A stretch of 64,000 bases of DNA from Lama guanicoe. Taxonomy: Eukaryota. Every line of letters begins with the position of its first letter. The first letter of the stretch is position 1. The translations under genes and the position numbers were made by a program. The stretch spans positions 870,826 to 934,825 of the forward strand of contig MU053561.1 in assembly GCA_013239625.1 (NCBI GenBank), in the 5' to 3' direction. Under the pieces are notes generated by a model that saw nothing but the letters and a program-made list of their open reading frames with translations, did not search any database and had not been told where the DNA came from. Positions 51,994 to 64,000 of this stretch are shown here, piece after piece.

Positions 51994-53776
51994 CTGAGAG
52001 CCAAATTCTGAAGTATACTACCCTTCTTATGTAATTATTAATGATAAATTATGAAAATTAATTGCCTTTGACCTTTTACTTACTTTTTTCTATATAAGGA
52101 TCATTGAATTGATTTTATGCCCCATTATTTGGAAACACCAGGAAGATCTCTGCCAAATATTAAATAAGTTTCATTCCAAGTATCCAAATAAAAAGCTACT
52201 CCAAGGAGAATACTTGACTTCACGGAGACATCATGGTAACTATTTGCATATCACCAAAGCTGAGCCCTTGAGCTCGAGTTGAGGGAAAGAAGTCATCTTG
52301 TCTCTTTCCACATGTCCGTGATTGCTTTCTCTGTTTTTATTCCTTTCTCCAGTTCAGTGAAGAAGAAAAAAAAAATTTCTCCTACTTCTTCGTGCCAAAA
52401 AACAGCTCTTGTTTTATTAGTTCTAATGGGAATGTGTTTTGCTTGGTGATTGGAAACAACCATAATCCTCTTGCTTCCATCCAGGGTTACTGTTTCTGTC
52501 TGATCGCTCTTTGTTTACAGCAGCAGTTAGCAATTTGCATGGACAGTGCTGTCAAAGTCACTGCTCTCAATGAAACCCAAATGCCTCTTGGAAGAAAGAT
52601 GACAGAATCAGCCTAGTGACTTGCAAAACTTTAAAAGTGATTCCTTGTCAAACATGTGAAAAACAACTCTTCCCTCTCCATGACTGGGGGAAAAAAATGA
52701 GAAACTATCTTACACCAGATGACGATTCCTTGCTAGTAAAATAGGCCTGGGCTGGTTCAGCTTCACTCCTTTATGTTCCTTTTGCAAAACCCACAAAGAA
52801 CACATTTGGGGCCACTTTTCAGAGCTGGCAACAGTCTCTGCTTTTTAAAGAAATCAGATGGGCGCACGCACACAAAAATCCACACTGGATGAAGGGCTCT
52901 GAATCCCCAGGGTCCAAAAACAGGCCTTAAATTCTAGATCACCAGTCAGGACCTGGCCTGGACCCAAGAATCATCCCAGTTGTTGCCAGATTTGGTTACT
53001 TGATTAAATTTGGGTAAAACAAAAACAAATTGGGAGAAGTTTCTATTTTCTTGTTGACTAGACCTCTTCTTTAAAAAAAAAAAAAAGGAAAGAAGAAATA
53101 AGAACTACAAAAACATGCTTTGGGATGATACAGTGATTTCTAAATTTCAAATTATTCTGGGTCTAAAGGATTCAGTCTTCTAATTTTTTAAGTTCAGTAC
53201 CTTTCTCTACTATTTACATGTGTAAGGTATTACAGCTGCTTTCTCTTTTTATTTAGAGTTTGTTTAGAGACTATTTGATACAGCATATGTGTGTGTTTGT
53301 GTGTGGGTGTTTTTAATTACTTTGGCTTTTTTAAAATTTGATGTATAGTTGGCTTATAATATTATATTAGTTTCAGGTGTACAACATAGTGATTGAATAT
53401 TTTTATAAATTACACACCATACAAAGTTATAAAATGTTGACTATACTCCTATGCTGAAATAGATACCTCAAGATAAAATGAAACCCTCTCACTGAAGATG
53501 TTAAAGCAGTGTCTGGTCAGCTGCTTGCTAAGGATGTTGTGAAGAGGATTTAAACACTAGACTAGTAATTGGGTTTTATTGTTTAGTTTTGAAGATGTCT
53601 TCTTCATCTAAAATTCTGTGCATTATGAATTAGCTTTCTTCACCTGTCATTTTTTTAATTACTCAAATTTGGAATATTTTCAGCCATTTAAGATAATACT
53701 TGTTGTCTGTTTAGTTTTACCTTCTATGCAAGAAAATATTGACCCCCTTTGTTAATGTTCTGTATTATTTCTTCAG

Positions 53777-53857
53777 GTGTCTGAACACACACAGTTAAGT
53801 TGGATCCTTACCTGCATGGTCAGACTACCTCGATTACAACATTTACACCAGTGGAAG
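53777..53857 (+). CDS. WARS2: WARS2 coding exon (exon 3), 81 nt, phase 0-0
   Basis: [27 protein letters not shown] continues the exon-2 frame (FQQSQ|VSEH). Acceptor tattatttcttcag; donor AAG|gtaaat. Confidence 0.96.
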
Positions 53858-56674
53858 GTAAATGCCAGTGATCTGATTAATAAACAGAAAGAAGTTCAGT
53901 CTCCATTGCAGCTGTTTTTTCCCCTCTGTTTGTGTTTGCATTGGGCTCTGGAAATCCTGAGTTTACTGTCCTCCCTGACCCGCTACTCACCAGTGGCTAG
54001 ACCAGCATCTTTAACCTTGCAGCCTCAGGGTATGAAACCGAAAGTAAAAGGGTTTTCCAAGATCCCTTCCAACTGAAAAAACTGGATAAAAATATCCAGC
54101 TTTTTAATTATTTGATTTTATCTGTGTATGGTTGACTTAGAGTGACCTTTGAGTAGACTTGGTAATGCCTTTGAATGTACCGCATTCTAATGAACAATCA
54201 CCATTTCTGGATTACTGGACTCTGGAGTTGCCTCCACCAGAAGTAACTGGCAGTAAGGCAGGAATGTTTCCATTGTGGGGAGACAAGGCAACATGTTTTG
54301 TTTAACAATTAACCAAGTTGAGTCCAGGCAACAGTTCAAACCCACAGAAAAATTAAGCCTGTTCTTTTTCTAAGGTCAACTGAGAAATATAAATTGGATA
54401 ATTCATAGTACTTTACTTCCATATATTTTTGCAACTGGATAACTTGAGGGTAAGTAGCCTTCAGCTTTATCAACACTAATTTCAGCATTAAGCTTCTTTC
54501 CAGCGTATATTCAGGGCCACTGATTTCCTCAAAAGCTGGATCAGAGGCCTTCAAGTGTGCTGCAGGAAGAAACAGCTTTAAAGTGGCAGTGCCCAAATAA
54601 GAGGTACTGGTGATGGGGCAGAATCATTACCTGCCAGGAGATGGAAACAAAATTTTGTAATGTAACCTACCATAGTTTGGGCAAGACTTTCCTATTTTAT
54701 CATAATATTATAATGCTAGGTTGAATGCTGAAATCCTTTTATAAGAACTGATTTAATGGGAAATGCTGCCCTTTAAAATAATTTCTGAGGGCCTCCTGAT
54801 AACATGTGACTAGTGAATACACTGATATTCTGGGGAATCCTTCCCAAGGGTCTGTGATTTCCTATTTGTGGGGAAAACATGGATTTCAAAGCCAGCCTTA
54901 TCCTAGAGTATGTTATACTGCCTTCTATGGTTCTTCCTTCATTAACAGATACTGGTGATGCCTTCTGCTAGTTTCACCACACCGGGTGCTGGAGGTACAG
55001 CAGTCACCAAGAAGGATGGACACAGCCCCTTTCATGAGGCTTGTAGTCTGTAAGGGAACAGACAATTAAACAAGCCATCAAAGTGTGAAAAGTTTTAGGA
55101 GGGAAAGGCTCCAGTTCTATGGGAAGATATAAGAACCCCTAGCTGGGTTTCGATTGGGACAGTAAGGGGCAGAACAATGGGGTGGAAGGGTGGGGTCAGG
55201 GCTGCTGGGATCAGGGTTATTTGGAGGATCGGTGAGATCACACAGATGGGAGGCATCTGGGGCACATAATAGGCACCCAATAAATGTTAGTTCTCCCTAA
55301 ATCTCTCCTCTTCCTTTGTAGCTTCAAGATCCAGTATTCTAATATTAAAAGACTATAAATCCAATGCATTAGCACTTTTTAAAAATTGGATTCACTCATT
55401 CCCAAACTAACCTTTAATTATAGTTACCCAGTGATCATTGCAAACTGGCCTTGATCATGGACACTGTAATGAGGAGAGATTCTGAAGGAACTGTATATTC
55501 AGACTTTGAAATTTCCTGTAAGTGGCCTATACAGCATTAGTAGTGCTGTGAGCTAGAAACTACCTGAAGTAACCAGAAGCTTGTAACTAAATTATGGAAC
55601 ATTAAGATGGTTAAAGAGAGAAGCTGTTGTTTTCAGCCCCAGCCCCAGAGGGTGTGTCTGCATTTTGGTTGGGGAAGCCCGAGTGGTGAGCACAAGCTCT
55701 TGGTCCTTAAAAGGGTGCAAGTTTATAAATTCAGTTGTTCGGTTCATTCAGAAATCCTTGGATTTCAGGGAAGTGATTCATATTAACTAAACAAATAAAA
55801 CCTACCTATACACCAAAATGTCCATTTATCATTTTATACATAAGAGACAACATACCTGGGTCTTAGCAGTTACCAGTCTGCACATAACAGTCCCTGCTAA
55901 TAAGTAGCTCTACTCAGAAAGCCAGACTGCCTGCAGCAAGGGGGTCAGAGTCACACGGGCTCGTACTCAGCCTGTGCGGACTGGTAGTTCACAGTCAGCA
56001 CCCACTGCTCACCAGCTGTCAGGTATTTCCAATAACCACCTCTAGGGTTCCCACCAGCTTCCCTGTTAAGGAGCTATTCTGGTCTGTTGTTTACTGAAAT
56101 CTCTTTACTCCCACTGCTTTAACACCCGAAGATCAAGACAGATCATTAGGATTGGTCAGATGACAATATCTCTTAGTTTCACTTTTTAATGAGGAGATTT
56201 TTGTTGTTACTGTTTTTTGTTTAATGCGATTTTAAAGGAATATTATATTTTTGTCAATAGCACAGCGTGAGACTTTTCAGGACGTTTCCACAGGCAAACA
56301 GTAGGACATTTGATGTTAGCTAATGTTAATTTATAGAAATTTAATTTCATGGTATTTTCTGACCTCCCCTGTGAAATCTGGAATTTATTTGATTCGGAGC
56401 CTAGAAAACCTTATGCTCTTACTTTAATAAAATGAAAAAGAAATAGTGACAGTGCAGGATCGTTTCCAGGGGAAGTAGGTTCACCTTATTCCCACCGAAA
56501 CCTGGAGCATAAGGACAAGCCAGCTGGAAGATGGCTGGAGCTGCTAAAAGGAACTGAGATAGAATGTTGTTACAGGTGGCTTCAGATCACCCTTTGCTTT
56601 AAAGGTTTCTTAATTTCACATTAGCATTAGGTTCATGTTGGATTTGTTTCCCTCCTTTCTTTTCACCCCCACAG

Positions 56675-56760
56675 GCAAAGACTGCCACGGAGAAGCACAG
56701 CGGAACAGTGGGCCTGCTCACATACCCAGTGCTCCAGGCAGCCGACATTCTGCTGTACAA
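56675..56760 (+). CDS. WARS2: WARS2 coding exon (exon 4), 86 nt, phase 0-2; includes the Trp-binding [10 protein letters not shown] motif
   Basis: [28 protein letters not shown](K). Acceptor cctcctttcttttcacccccacag; donor CAA|gtaagg. This frame is absent from the supplied ORF track. Confidence 0.96.
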
Positions 56761-56929
56761 GTAAGGGGCAGGGCTCACCCTGGTCGTAGATGTGCTCGTG
56801 CTGACAAGAGAATGTTTCACCTAGCTCAAGAAGATCTGGTTCACGGGGAATGAGGGGTGCAGAAAGGATCAGACATCTATTCCCCAGTTAATAATACGAA
56901 ATGATAGAGTATGTTTCAGTGTTGAAACT

Positions 56930-57185
56930 AATAGTGTTAGGAGCTAACACTTAAATAGCACTGGCTATGTGTTGGAAAAAGTTGTAAGTGCTTTACATAC
57001 ATTAACCCATTTAATCCTCACAACAACCTTATAAAACTTATACCATTATCATCCCCATTTTACAGATGTGGAAAAATAAGGCACCAAGTGGTCAGTAACT
57101 TGCCCAAGGTCATGTGCTAGCAAGGCTTGGACCCAAGATTTGAGTCTAGAAAGTTTGGGTACAGAGTCTGTGTTCTTAACCACTA
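56930..57185 (-). mobile_element. MIR SINE
   Basis: atttaatcctcacaacaacc...ccccattttacagatgtggaaa...aacttgcccaaggtca. Confidence 0.8.
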
Positions 57186-57232
57186 TGGAAGATATCCTTC
57201 CCTAGTAATAATTACACTTCAAGGGTTTTAGT

Positions 57233-57317
57233 GGGGAGGGTATAACAGTGGTAGAGTGCATGCCTAGCATGGATGAGGTCCTGGGTTCAATCCCCTGTAC
57301 CTCCATTTAAAAAAAAA
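57233..57317 (+). mobile_element. tRNA-derived SINE, Vic-1-like
   Basis: ggggagggtataacagtggtagagtgcatgcctagcatggatgaggtcctgggttcaatcccctgtacctccatttaaaaaaaaa. Confidence 0.85.
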
Positions 57318-57367
57318 TGTGTTTAAAAAGTTATTTTTGTGTTTATTTCTCATATAATCTAGACTTT

Positions 57368-57572
57368 CAAGCAATGCCATCCAATAGAACTTGCTGCGAC
57401 TATGGAAATGTTCTGTATCTGCATTTATTAAGACCGTAGCCACTAGCCACATGAGGCTATTGAACACTTGAAATGTTAACAGAGGAACTGAATTTTAACT
57501 TTTATTTAATTTTAATGAATTTAAATTTAAATAGCTGCCCGTGGCCAGTAGCTACTGTATTGGGACCTGCAG
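57368..57572. mobile_element. MER3-type hAT MITE
   Basis: tccaatagaac...atggaaatgttctgtatctgc...gtagccactagccacatgaggctattgaacacttgaaatg. Confidence 0.78.
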
Positions 57573-60500
57573 GTTGAGAGCAAGTCTTTCAACATGATAC
57601 AAGGTACCCTCACTTTTCTTGGCCACATAATCTATATGTCAACTACTACTGCCACTTACAGGTCTCAAAACTACAGTCAGAGGATGCCAATGCCTGTCCC
57701 CTCTGCAGTGCTGGCCAGGGCTTCTGACCCCACTGCTTTCCCAGCTCTTCCCTGCTATCCCCACATCACCCTCCTTGGGCCCCCACTTGGCCTTCTAGAA
57801 GATAAAGCCTCCTCATTAGTGTGCACTCATAGCCAAGCCTGGCCACTGTGAAAGCTTCTGAGGAAAGAGAGAAACTCTGTGAGTCTTCTTACCCCTTACC
57901 CCTAAGGACTTGACCTCATTAAAGTGATTCTTCCATGGGAAATGTAGAATTCTCTGCATGTAAATGTGATAATAGCATGGAGATGACAGTATACGTACCC
58001 CATGACATGACCCCAGAGCCCTTGCGCCGTTATGATGGAAACAACCAGAGCAGCTGCTGAGCTTCCCACATAATGAATTTCCACGAGTACATGCAGGCTG
58101 TCTTTAATTCTGATCCAAACTTGTATGTTGGGAGTATGTGTCTGTTTGTTGTGTTAACTTGAATGCTGGACTCTTGATAGCATTTATCATTTACAATGAG
58201 TAACTTCTGACTTATCCTGGGAACTCTAGAATACTTTTCTCCAAGAGTAGCAAATGAAAGTTTAATAAGGGTCTAAAGATATATATTCTAGTGAGGTAAC
58301 ATGTTTACTTAGAAAGATTCCGTAAACAACCTTGATTTTGTCACCCGTAAAGATGAGAAAAATCCTTGTTAAAGGATTAAAACTATGTCTGTCACTTGAC
58401 TATGATCGATGATGATGATGTCTTTGACGATCTCAATCTTACATCTAATTTCATTTTCAAGGGCTACTTCTTCATAAAACCAAAGGCTGCGATTTTTCAG
58501 CATCAGGGTTTGGAAGCACACAAGCACAGTAGATTTCTTTAACAGTTCAAGAGCTCAAGGCTGTGTAAAAGAGTAAACTTGAACAAGAATGATTGCCCTC
58601 TTGGTGAGCCATGGAGCACAGAGTGGGAAGAAAGTTTAAAGGGCCTCTTCTTCAATTCCCTTGCTTTACAAATACGTCCTAGTGAGGTGAAGCAATTTGC
58701 CCAAAGCAGTGCAGTCAGACCGTGGACAGGGGAGCCTCAGAGCGTGATTATGGTCTGCTGAAGCCAGTGCTCACCTTCCTAAAGGAGCCAGTTGTTCTGT
58801 TAGGAGGCAAGATCGTCACATGAGCAACCAGAGCGATACATGATCGTATATGCTAAAGTGATGATGAATTTGTTTTTATTGATTGCCCAAAATACAACTG
58901 GCAGAATGATAAAATACTACAGTTTCTTTCATCTGTAAAGTGGGTTAATGGTACATAGCTCAGGGGGTTATTAAACGAATTATGTATGAATTGATATTAC
59001 CTAGTATATACTTAATACAAATACAGTACAAGCAACATTTTACAAGACTGACAATGGCAAAAATAGTTCCTTAAGATCCTCCAATCTGTCATACAGTCCA
59101 CCTTTTCTCAAGCCAAGCCTGAGATTGTCAGTGTCCTCTTTCCTTACATGAAACAATTATTATTTCACAGGTGGCAAGTAAACACCAAGAGCTTCCTGAT
59201 AGCTTCCTGTCTGCCTCATGCGGTCACCACATCAGTAGGTTCTCACAGTTAGGTCAGGCTTCCAAGGATAAGCAGTTCTTTTTCACCTCAGTTATTCCCC
59301 AGCCCAGTCCTGGTAGCAAAAAAAATTCCCAAACTATAAATATTCCTTCTTTAACTCATACTGATCTACTTGGTGGTTAGAATATTCTTAGTAAAGAATG
59401 CCATTAGATGCTTTTCTTTTCCTACTTTCCGAAAGGAGGATTTTGGTGGCAGATTTTTATCTGTCTCCATCAGGAGTCTGGCATTTTGCATATAACTTGG
59501 TAAAACAAACAGATAAAAGTCTTTTTCTATCAAACTAGGTAATTATCTATATTCAAGATGACTGTCTCCTACCTTAGTCCAGAAACTGTCTACCTCTAAC
59601 GCCGTAATTAGACCATAGATGTGGAGCTGGTACCTGCAAGCTCCTTTTCTTAGGAGGAATAGCCCTGAATTTCCCTCCTGTCTAGTCTTAGGCCAGACCT
59701 CCTGCTGCCAGCCACAGATGCTCCAGCTCATAGACTCTGTTCCTTTGGGCTCTTTTCTCCTGCCATCTTCCTTTGAGGGTACCCAGGGGTGCCGTGGCCA
59801 CATCACACATATCCCACATTTCCTGGGCATGTGTGTCATTTGGACCACTGCAAAGCCTGCAGACAAGTACAGTAAAACCAGCTCTGTTTATGACAGCATT
59901 TATTCTGCTAACATACATTTCTCTTCTGTCTTATCATGCTTCCTTCCAAGTTTAGAGATTCCTAATTGCTCCATAATAAGTAGCAGAGGCAGAACTGAAA
60001 CCCAGGTCTGGTTTTTAACCTGCACCACTGTTTTCCCTATAACAGAGCTCAAGCACTTGGGTGTATTTTTTGTTTGGTTTTGTTTCAGATATTTCTGGAT
60101 TTTGAAAAAGTTCATCTTTAGAATGTCTGTGAATATATACATTATAAGTATAAATAAATACACAAACGAAAAGTAGATAGATGGATACAAAAAAATTTAT
60201 ATTTTCTCCCACCAGCAAATCTATGTGAGTTCTTCACAAAATGTTGATGTGCAGGGCAAGTATAGATTTCATGTTTGCTTTTGGCCAAATCAGCACTAGA
60301 ATGAGTGGTACCTGGTGGGCTGGAGAACAAACATGAGGGAAGGGAATGGAAGAGGAGCCTTCCAGATAAGTGTGTGAAAGATTTATGTAATTGTTCGGGC
60401 AGAACTTGGTAAGGAACCCAGGAATGGCCAGCTGAAACCATCCTAAGCTTGAGAGTATAATAAAATAGCAAGTATTTGAAGAGAGACAAAATACCCCCAA

Positions 60501-61726
60501 ATAACTAGTGTTTATAGTTTTTATTTTGCATCTGTGTTATTTTTCTAAATATCTAATTTCAAATAACTTGATGTATATTAAATAAATATTTCTCTCTCTG
60601 TATATATGTAGATATATACATAAACACGCACATAGCTTTTATTAATATGTAGCAAATACTTGTTAAATACCTATAATGCCACTAATCCAGAAAAAGTCAC
60701 TATGCATGGACTTGAGGGAACGGGAAGAAGGAATTCACATGTGGTGAGCCTTGTTTGTTAGGTGTCATACTAGCTGCTACATACACGGTATCTATTCAGA
60801 TTCTCACAACAGCTCTGTAAGATAGTTAGGTGGCATTACTCCCATTTTACAGATAAATGAAGTTTTAGAGAGGTACCACTAATTCTGCTCAAACAGAGAT
60901 GAGAGTGCTTTTCTGGGCTAATCGGTTTCTCTTTCTCAAGAACCTGAAGAGGGAGACATGGGAAGAGGATAAGAAGGTAGTGAAAGCAAAAGCTGAAATG
61001 ACATAGGAAAACGTGGAAACAGAGTCCTCAAGGAGCTATGAGCAAGAAGAGCCAAAACCAACCAAAGTGAAGAGTATGGAGAGGAAGATGCCTGGTCAGA
61101 AACTTAAGACTTGGTAATTCCAGAGAGGAGCTGAGTCGCCATAATGTTTGAGGATCAGGCCACTGCCATTGAGGACAGCTGAGATAATGGTTCCCAAAGC
61201 TGCTTTGGGGACTTCCAGTTCTTGAATTACATTTTTTCTCTGTGAGGCCAGACTGCCCTAAATTTTTATGAGATCCTGAGAGCTGCTGGCCAGTCCTCAT
61301 TTCAGTGCTGATGTCCACATACTTACTTGCAACTGCCAAAGCAATAATTTCTTCTCTTTGTGTTTCACTTGTGAGCTACTGGGCAAGTGCCTACGCTAAA
61401 CCAGAACCCTACTGGAAGATAGTCTTAGAAATGTAGCTTAAGGCTGCTAGCCCCTGAAGATCAAGGAAAAGCGTAGAAGGGAGAGAACAGTGCTGAGGGG
61501 TCAACAGACAGTCCAGTACACACTCCAAAAACCAAGGGAAGGCATTTTGTACACTTTTAAGGACAGAGTGAAATGATTCGATTTGTACTTTTAAAAAAGG
61601 GCTGATTAAAAGACAGAGAATGAGTTGTTGAGGGACAAGAGCGGTGGGGGCAGTCTATTAAAAGGCTCTTCCACTAATCTACTGAGACCATGATGGTGAC
61701 AGTGAAGATGAAGAGAATGGAGAAAT

Positions 61727-61977
61727 CTTTTTTTTTTTTTGGATTATGGTCTTATTTATTTTTTGTCTACTTGCACATCAAATTTGAAAAGCTCTCTCAT
61801 AATTTTAAGCTTTTTTTGTTTTTCTAGAAGCTTTCCCGCTGATATTTCATTATAGTTTTAGTGTATACATCTTTTTTCCCTAAAGTATAGTCAGTTACAG
61901 TGTGTCCATTTCTGGCATACAGCATAATGTCCCAGTCATGCCTATATGTACATATATTCATTTTCATAATCTTTTTC
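61727..61977 (-). mobile_element. Short LINE-1 3' end plus about 130 bp of non-L1 sequence and a polyA tail (3' transduction), inserted in an L2
   Basis: L1 3'UTR at about 61871-61977, unique sequence at 61741-61870, T13 at 61728-61740. TSD gagaatggagaaat (61713-61726) and gagaatggagagat (61978-61991). Confidence 0.8.
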
Positions 61978-64000
61978 GAGAATGGAGAGATTTAAGAGAT
62001 GTTGGGGGTAACATGGATAAGACTTTATAATGGATTGGATGTGTCTGAGAAAGAGCTGTCAGGGACGACCCCAGGTTTCTGACTTGTGCAACTGGATAGA
62101 TGGTGTTGCCATTCACCGAGATAGGGAATACTCTAAGAGGACCAGCCAGAAGAATTTATAACTTCAATTGGTGTTCTCTCCTCCTGGAAGACTTAACTCC
62201 CTAGAAGACAAAGTCTTGTTTATATCTCTCACAGTACCGGCACGAGGCCTTGCACATCATAGGTCTTCATAAATAATTGCTAAGTTGAGGAATCATTACA
62301 GTATACCCAGCAAGCAACCAGTGGTGGTTAAGTAATCCTTTACAAAAGGAAAAACAGCACCGAACTCCTTTCCCAGTCAGGATGGTTAAAGGCAGCAGCA
62401 CTGAAAATGCACAAACACAGCCAAAAAAGTAGGGGGAAAAAATAAGAGAACAGATCTCTGTGAGCAGATATATGTAGGCAATAATTATTCATCTGGACAC
62501 TAATCCTGCCAGAGGGGTGGAGTGGATCCTAAGGAAACGTAGAGGTAACTAGGAACTAAGCGAAAGAAAAACAGTTTAGTCACCAAAGAAGAAGATCAGA
62601 CGCATTATTATGTGACAGAAGTTGTAACAATCAGAATTATGAAAGACTTTTGTTTTATGTTGTGTCTAAGAAAGTACTGTCAGGATAAGTGAAAAAAAAA
62701 AAGAAAAAGAAAATGGGGGAGAGAGAAGAATATTAATATGGATATCATTATGGACAGTATAAATTTTAAAAGAAAAGCACTAAATTATTTGAAGTGAAAG
62801 GAAGACTATGAGGAGGGAGGTTGAAAATGTGAAGAGAATAAGCCCCATAAGCGAGCAGAATCAAAGACAGGCTGAATTAATGTGAAGTGTAAACTCAATG
62901 GATGAGAAGTAAGGGCCAAGATAAATTATAGGAGGTGAAAGGAGCAGCAGGAGCAGAGCGAGGAAAGGCTAGAAACAAACAAACTGAAATCAGATGAAAA
63001 AGCCAAGTGGAGCAATAGGTCCAGGTGAAAAAAATTAAAATTTTTTAATCCTTTTTTTTTTTTTAAAGCCAAACCTCACAGAATTGTAAGAAAAGAGGCA
63101 AGGCTCCGACATAAGGCAGAAACGCATGCAGAGTCATTATGAAAACTAAATGTGTTTTCTGTTTAGTTTGGTTGCTTTGTGAATCTGGAACCATTTTGAC
63201 ATGTGGAAATATTCATTTTGATGTGCTTAAAGTGTATTGATTATGGTAATTGTTTTTTCTGTGTTGGTTGCAGTCCATTGTGATTTCCTATGGGCTACTG
63301 TAGTTGCTTTTTAACCTGCCCTGTTGGCTAATTTGGTTTAGGGGAGTCAAGCTGACCTCTGCAGGTCAGCCTCACTGTAATTACAAGACGGGATTGCGAA
63401 GTCCAGTCAAAGAAGAGGAATTTAGAAGGATGGGACATGTGCATGTACACCTCCAAGAGGAATGTGTACAGGGTTGTGGACACTGATGGGAAACATAAAA
63501 AGGAACATTCTTGTTTTTACCACTCACTGAGCCAGTGACTTTCGGCTCCAGGCTGCGTGGAAGAAAGCACTGGACGTGGCCTAACAACCGTGTTGTAGAA
63601 TTGCCTAGTCATTCACTGACCTTAGAAGAGAAACTACATCCTGATCCTCTTTCATGGTCTCTGGATTTTTGTCTTTTTCTTCATTATTCTCTCTGTTTTC
63701 CTTAAATTAAAAGAATCCTCAGAATTCCTATAACATACCATTTATACTTGGGGATTACCCAATCAGATATGTGACCTGTCAGTCTGCAATATGTATTCTA
63801 CCCAAATCAGGATTGCTGCCCAGATCTGTGACTGTCCCTGGGATTATATGTTGATATTTATGTTTGTGGTGTGAATCAGCTATCAAAAAGTGAAAATGGT
63901 CCTGGTTTGTAAAAAGTCACAATGTACCTCACACCAAGGGGTCCCTAATAGTATCTTTTACCATTTTGTCCTTTATGGTGTCAGATAGTAATGAATATAT

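Noticed and set aside
53858..54076. Extension of the exon-3 ORF to 99 aa
   Set aside because: TrpRS similarity stops at the GT donor at 53858; the rest is intron read-through.
56635..56853. 72-aa ORF over exon 4
   Set aside because: Wrong frame; the real frame starts at 56675 (AKTATEKH...).
59619..60176. 185-aa ORF
   Set aside because: No recognisable domain, GTG start, and the 3' part runs through MIR-like and low-complexity sequence.
56761..64000. WARS2 exon 5 (expected STHVPVGEDQ...) and the KMSKS exon
   Set aside because: Not found by eye or in the ORF track; presumably beyond the window end.
1..64000. CRISPR array, operon or other prokaryotic system
   Set aside because: No regularly spaced repeats or gene-dense segment; the content is spliced mammalian gene plus interspersed repeats throughout.

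Overview
Eukaryotic (mammalian) genomic DNA, most likely camelid, judged from three tRNA-derived SINEs resembling camelid Vic-1. The window lies inside WARS2 (mitochondrial tryptophanyl-tRNA synthetase, + strand) and contains three coding exons: 28201-28458, 53777-53857 and 56675-56760. By sequence and length these correspond to exons 2-4. Exon 1 and the downstream KMSKS-encoding exons were not found in the window. The rest is intron, densely filled with L1 fragments of several ages, L2, MIR, MaLR LTRs, hAT and Tigger DNA-transposon fossils and microsatellites. Almost all ORFs in the track are spurious or L1-derived. I see no new multi-gene system. The best observations are: (1) a candidate 66-nt poison cassette exon whose donor runs directly into a UG repeat, a TDP-43-type architecture (33749-33814); (2) an L1 3' transduction with its own polyA signal and TSD (61713-61991); (3) a young L1 with an open ORF2 C-terminus and a perfect TSD, forming an inverted pair with another L1 around exon 2; (4) an 18-bp perfect fold-back palindrome inserted into an L1; (5) several repeat-free, motif-rich blocks that may be enhancers of the neighbouring TBX15. 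Repeat subfamily names and many repeat boundaries are by-eye calls and need RepeatMasker/Dfam confirmation.
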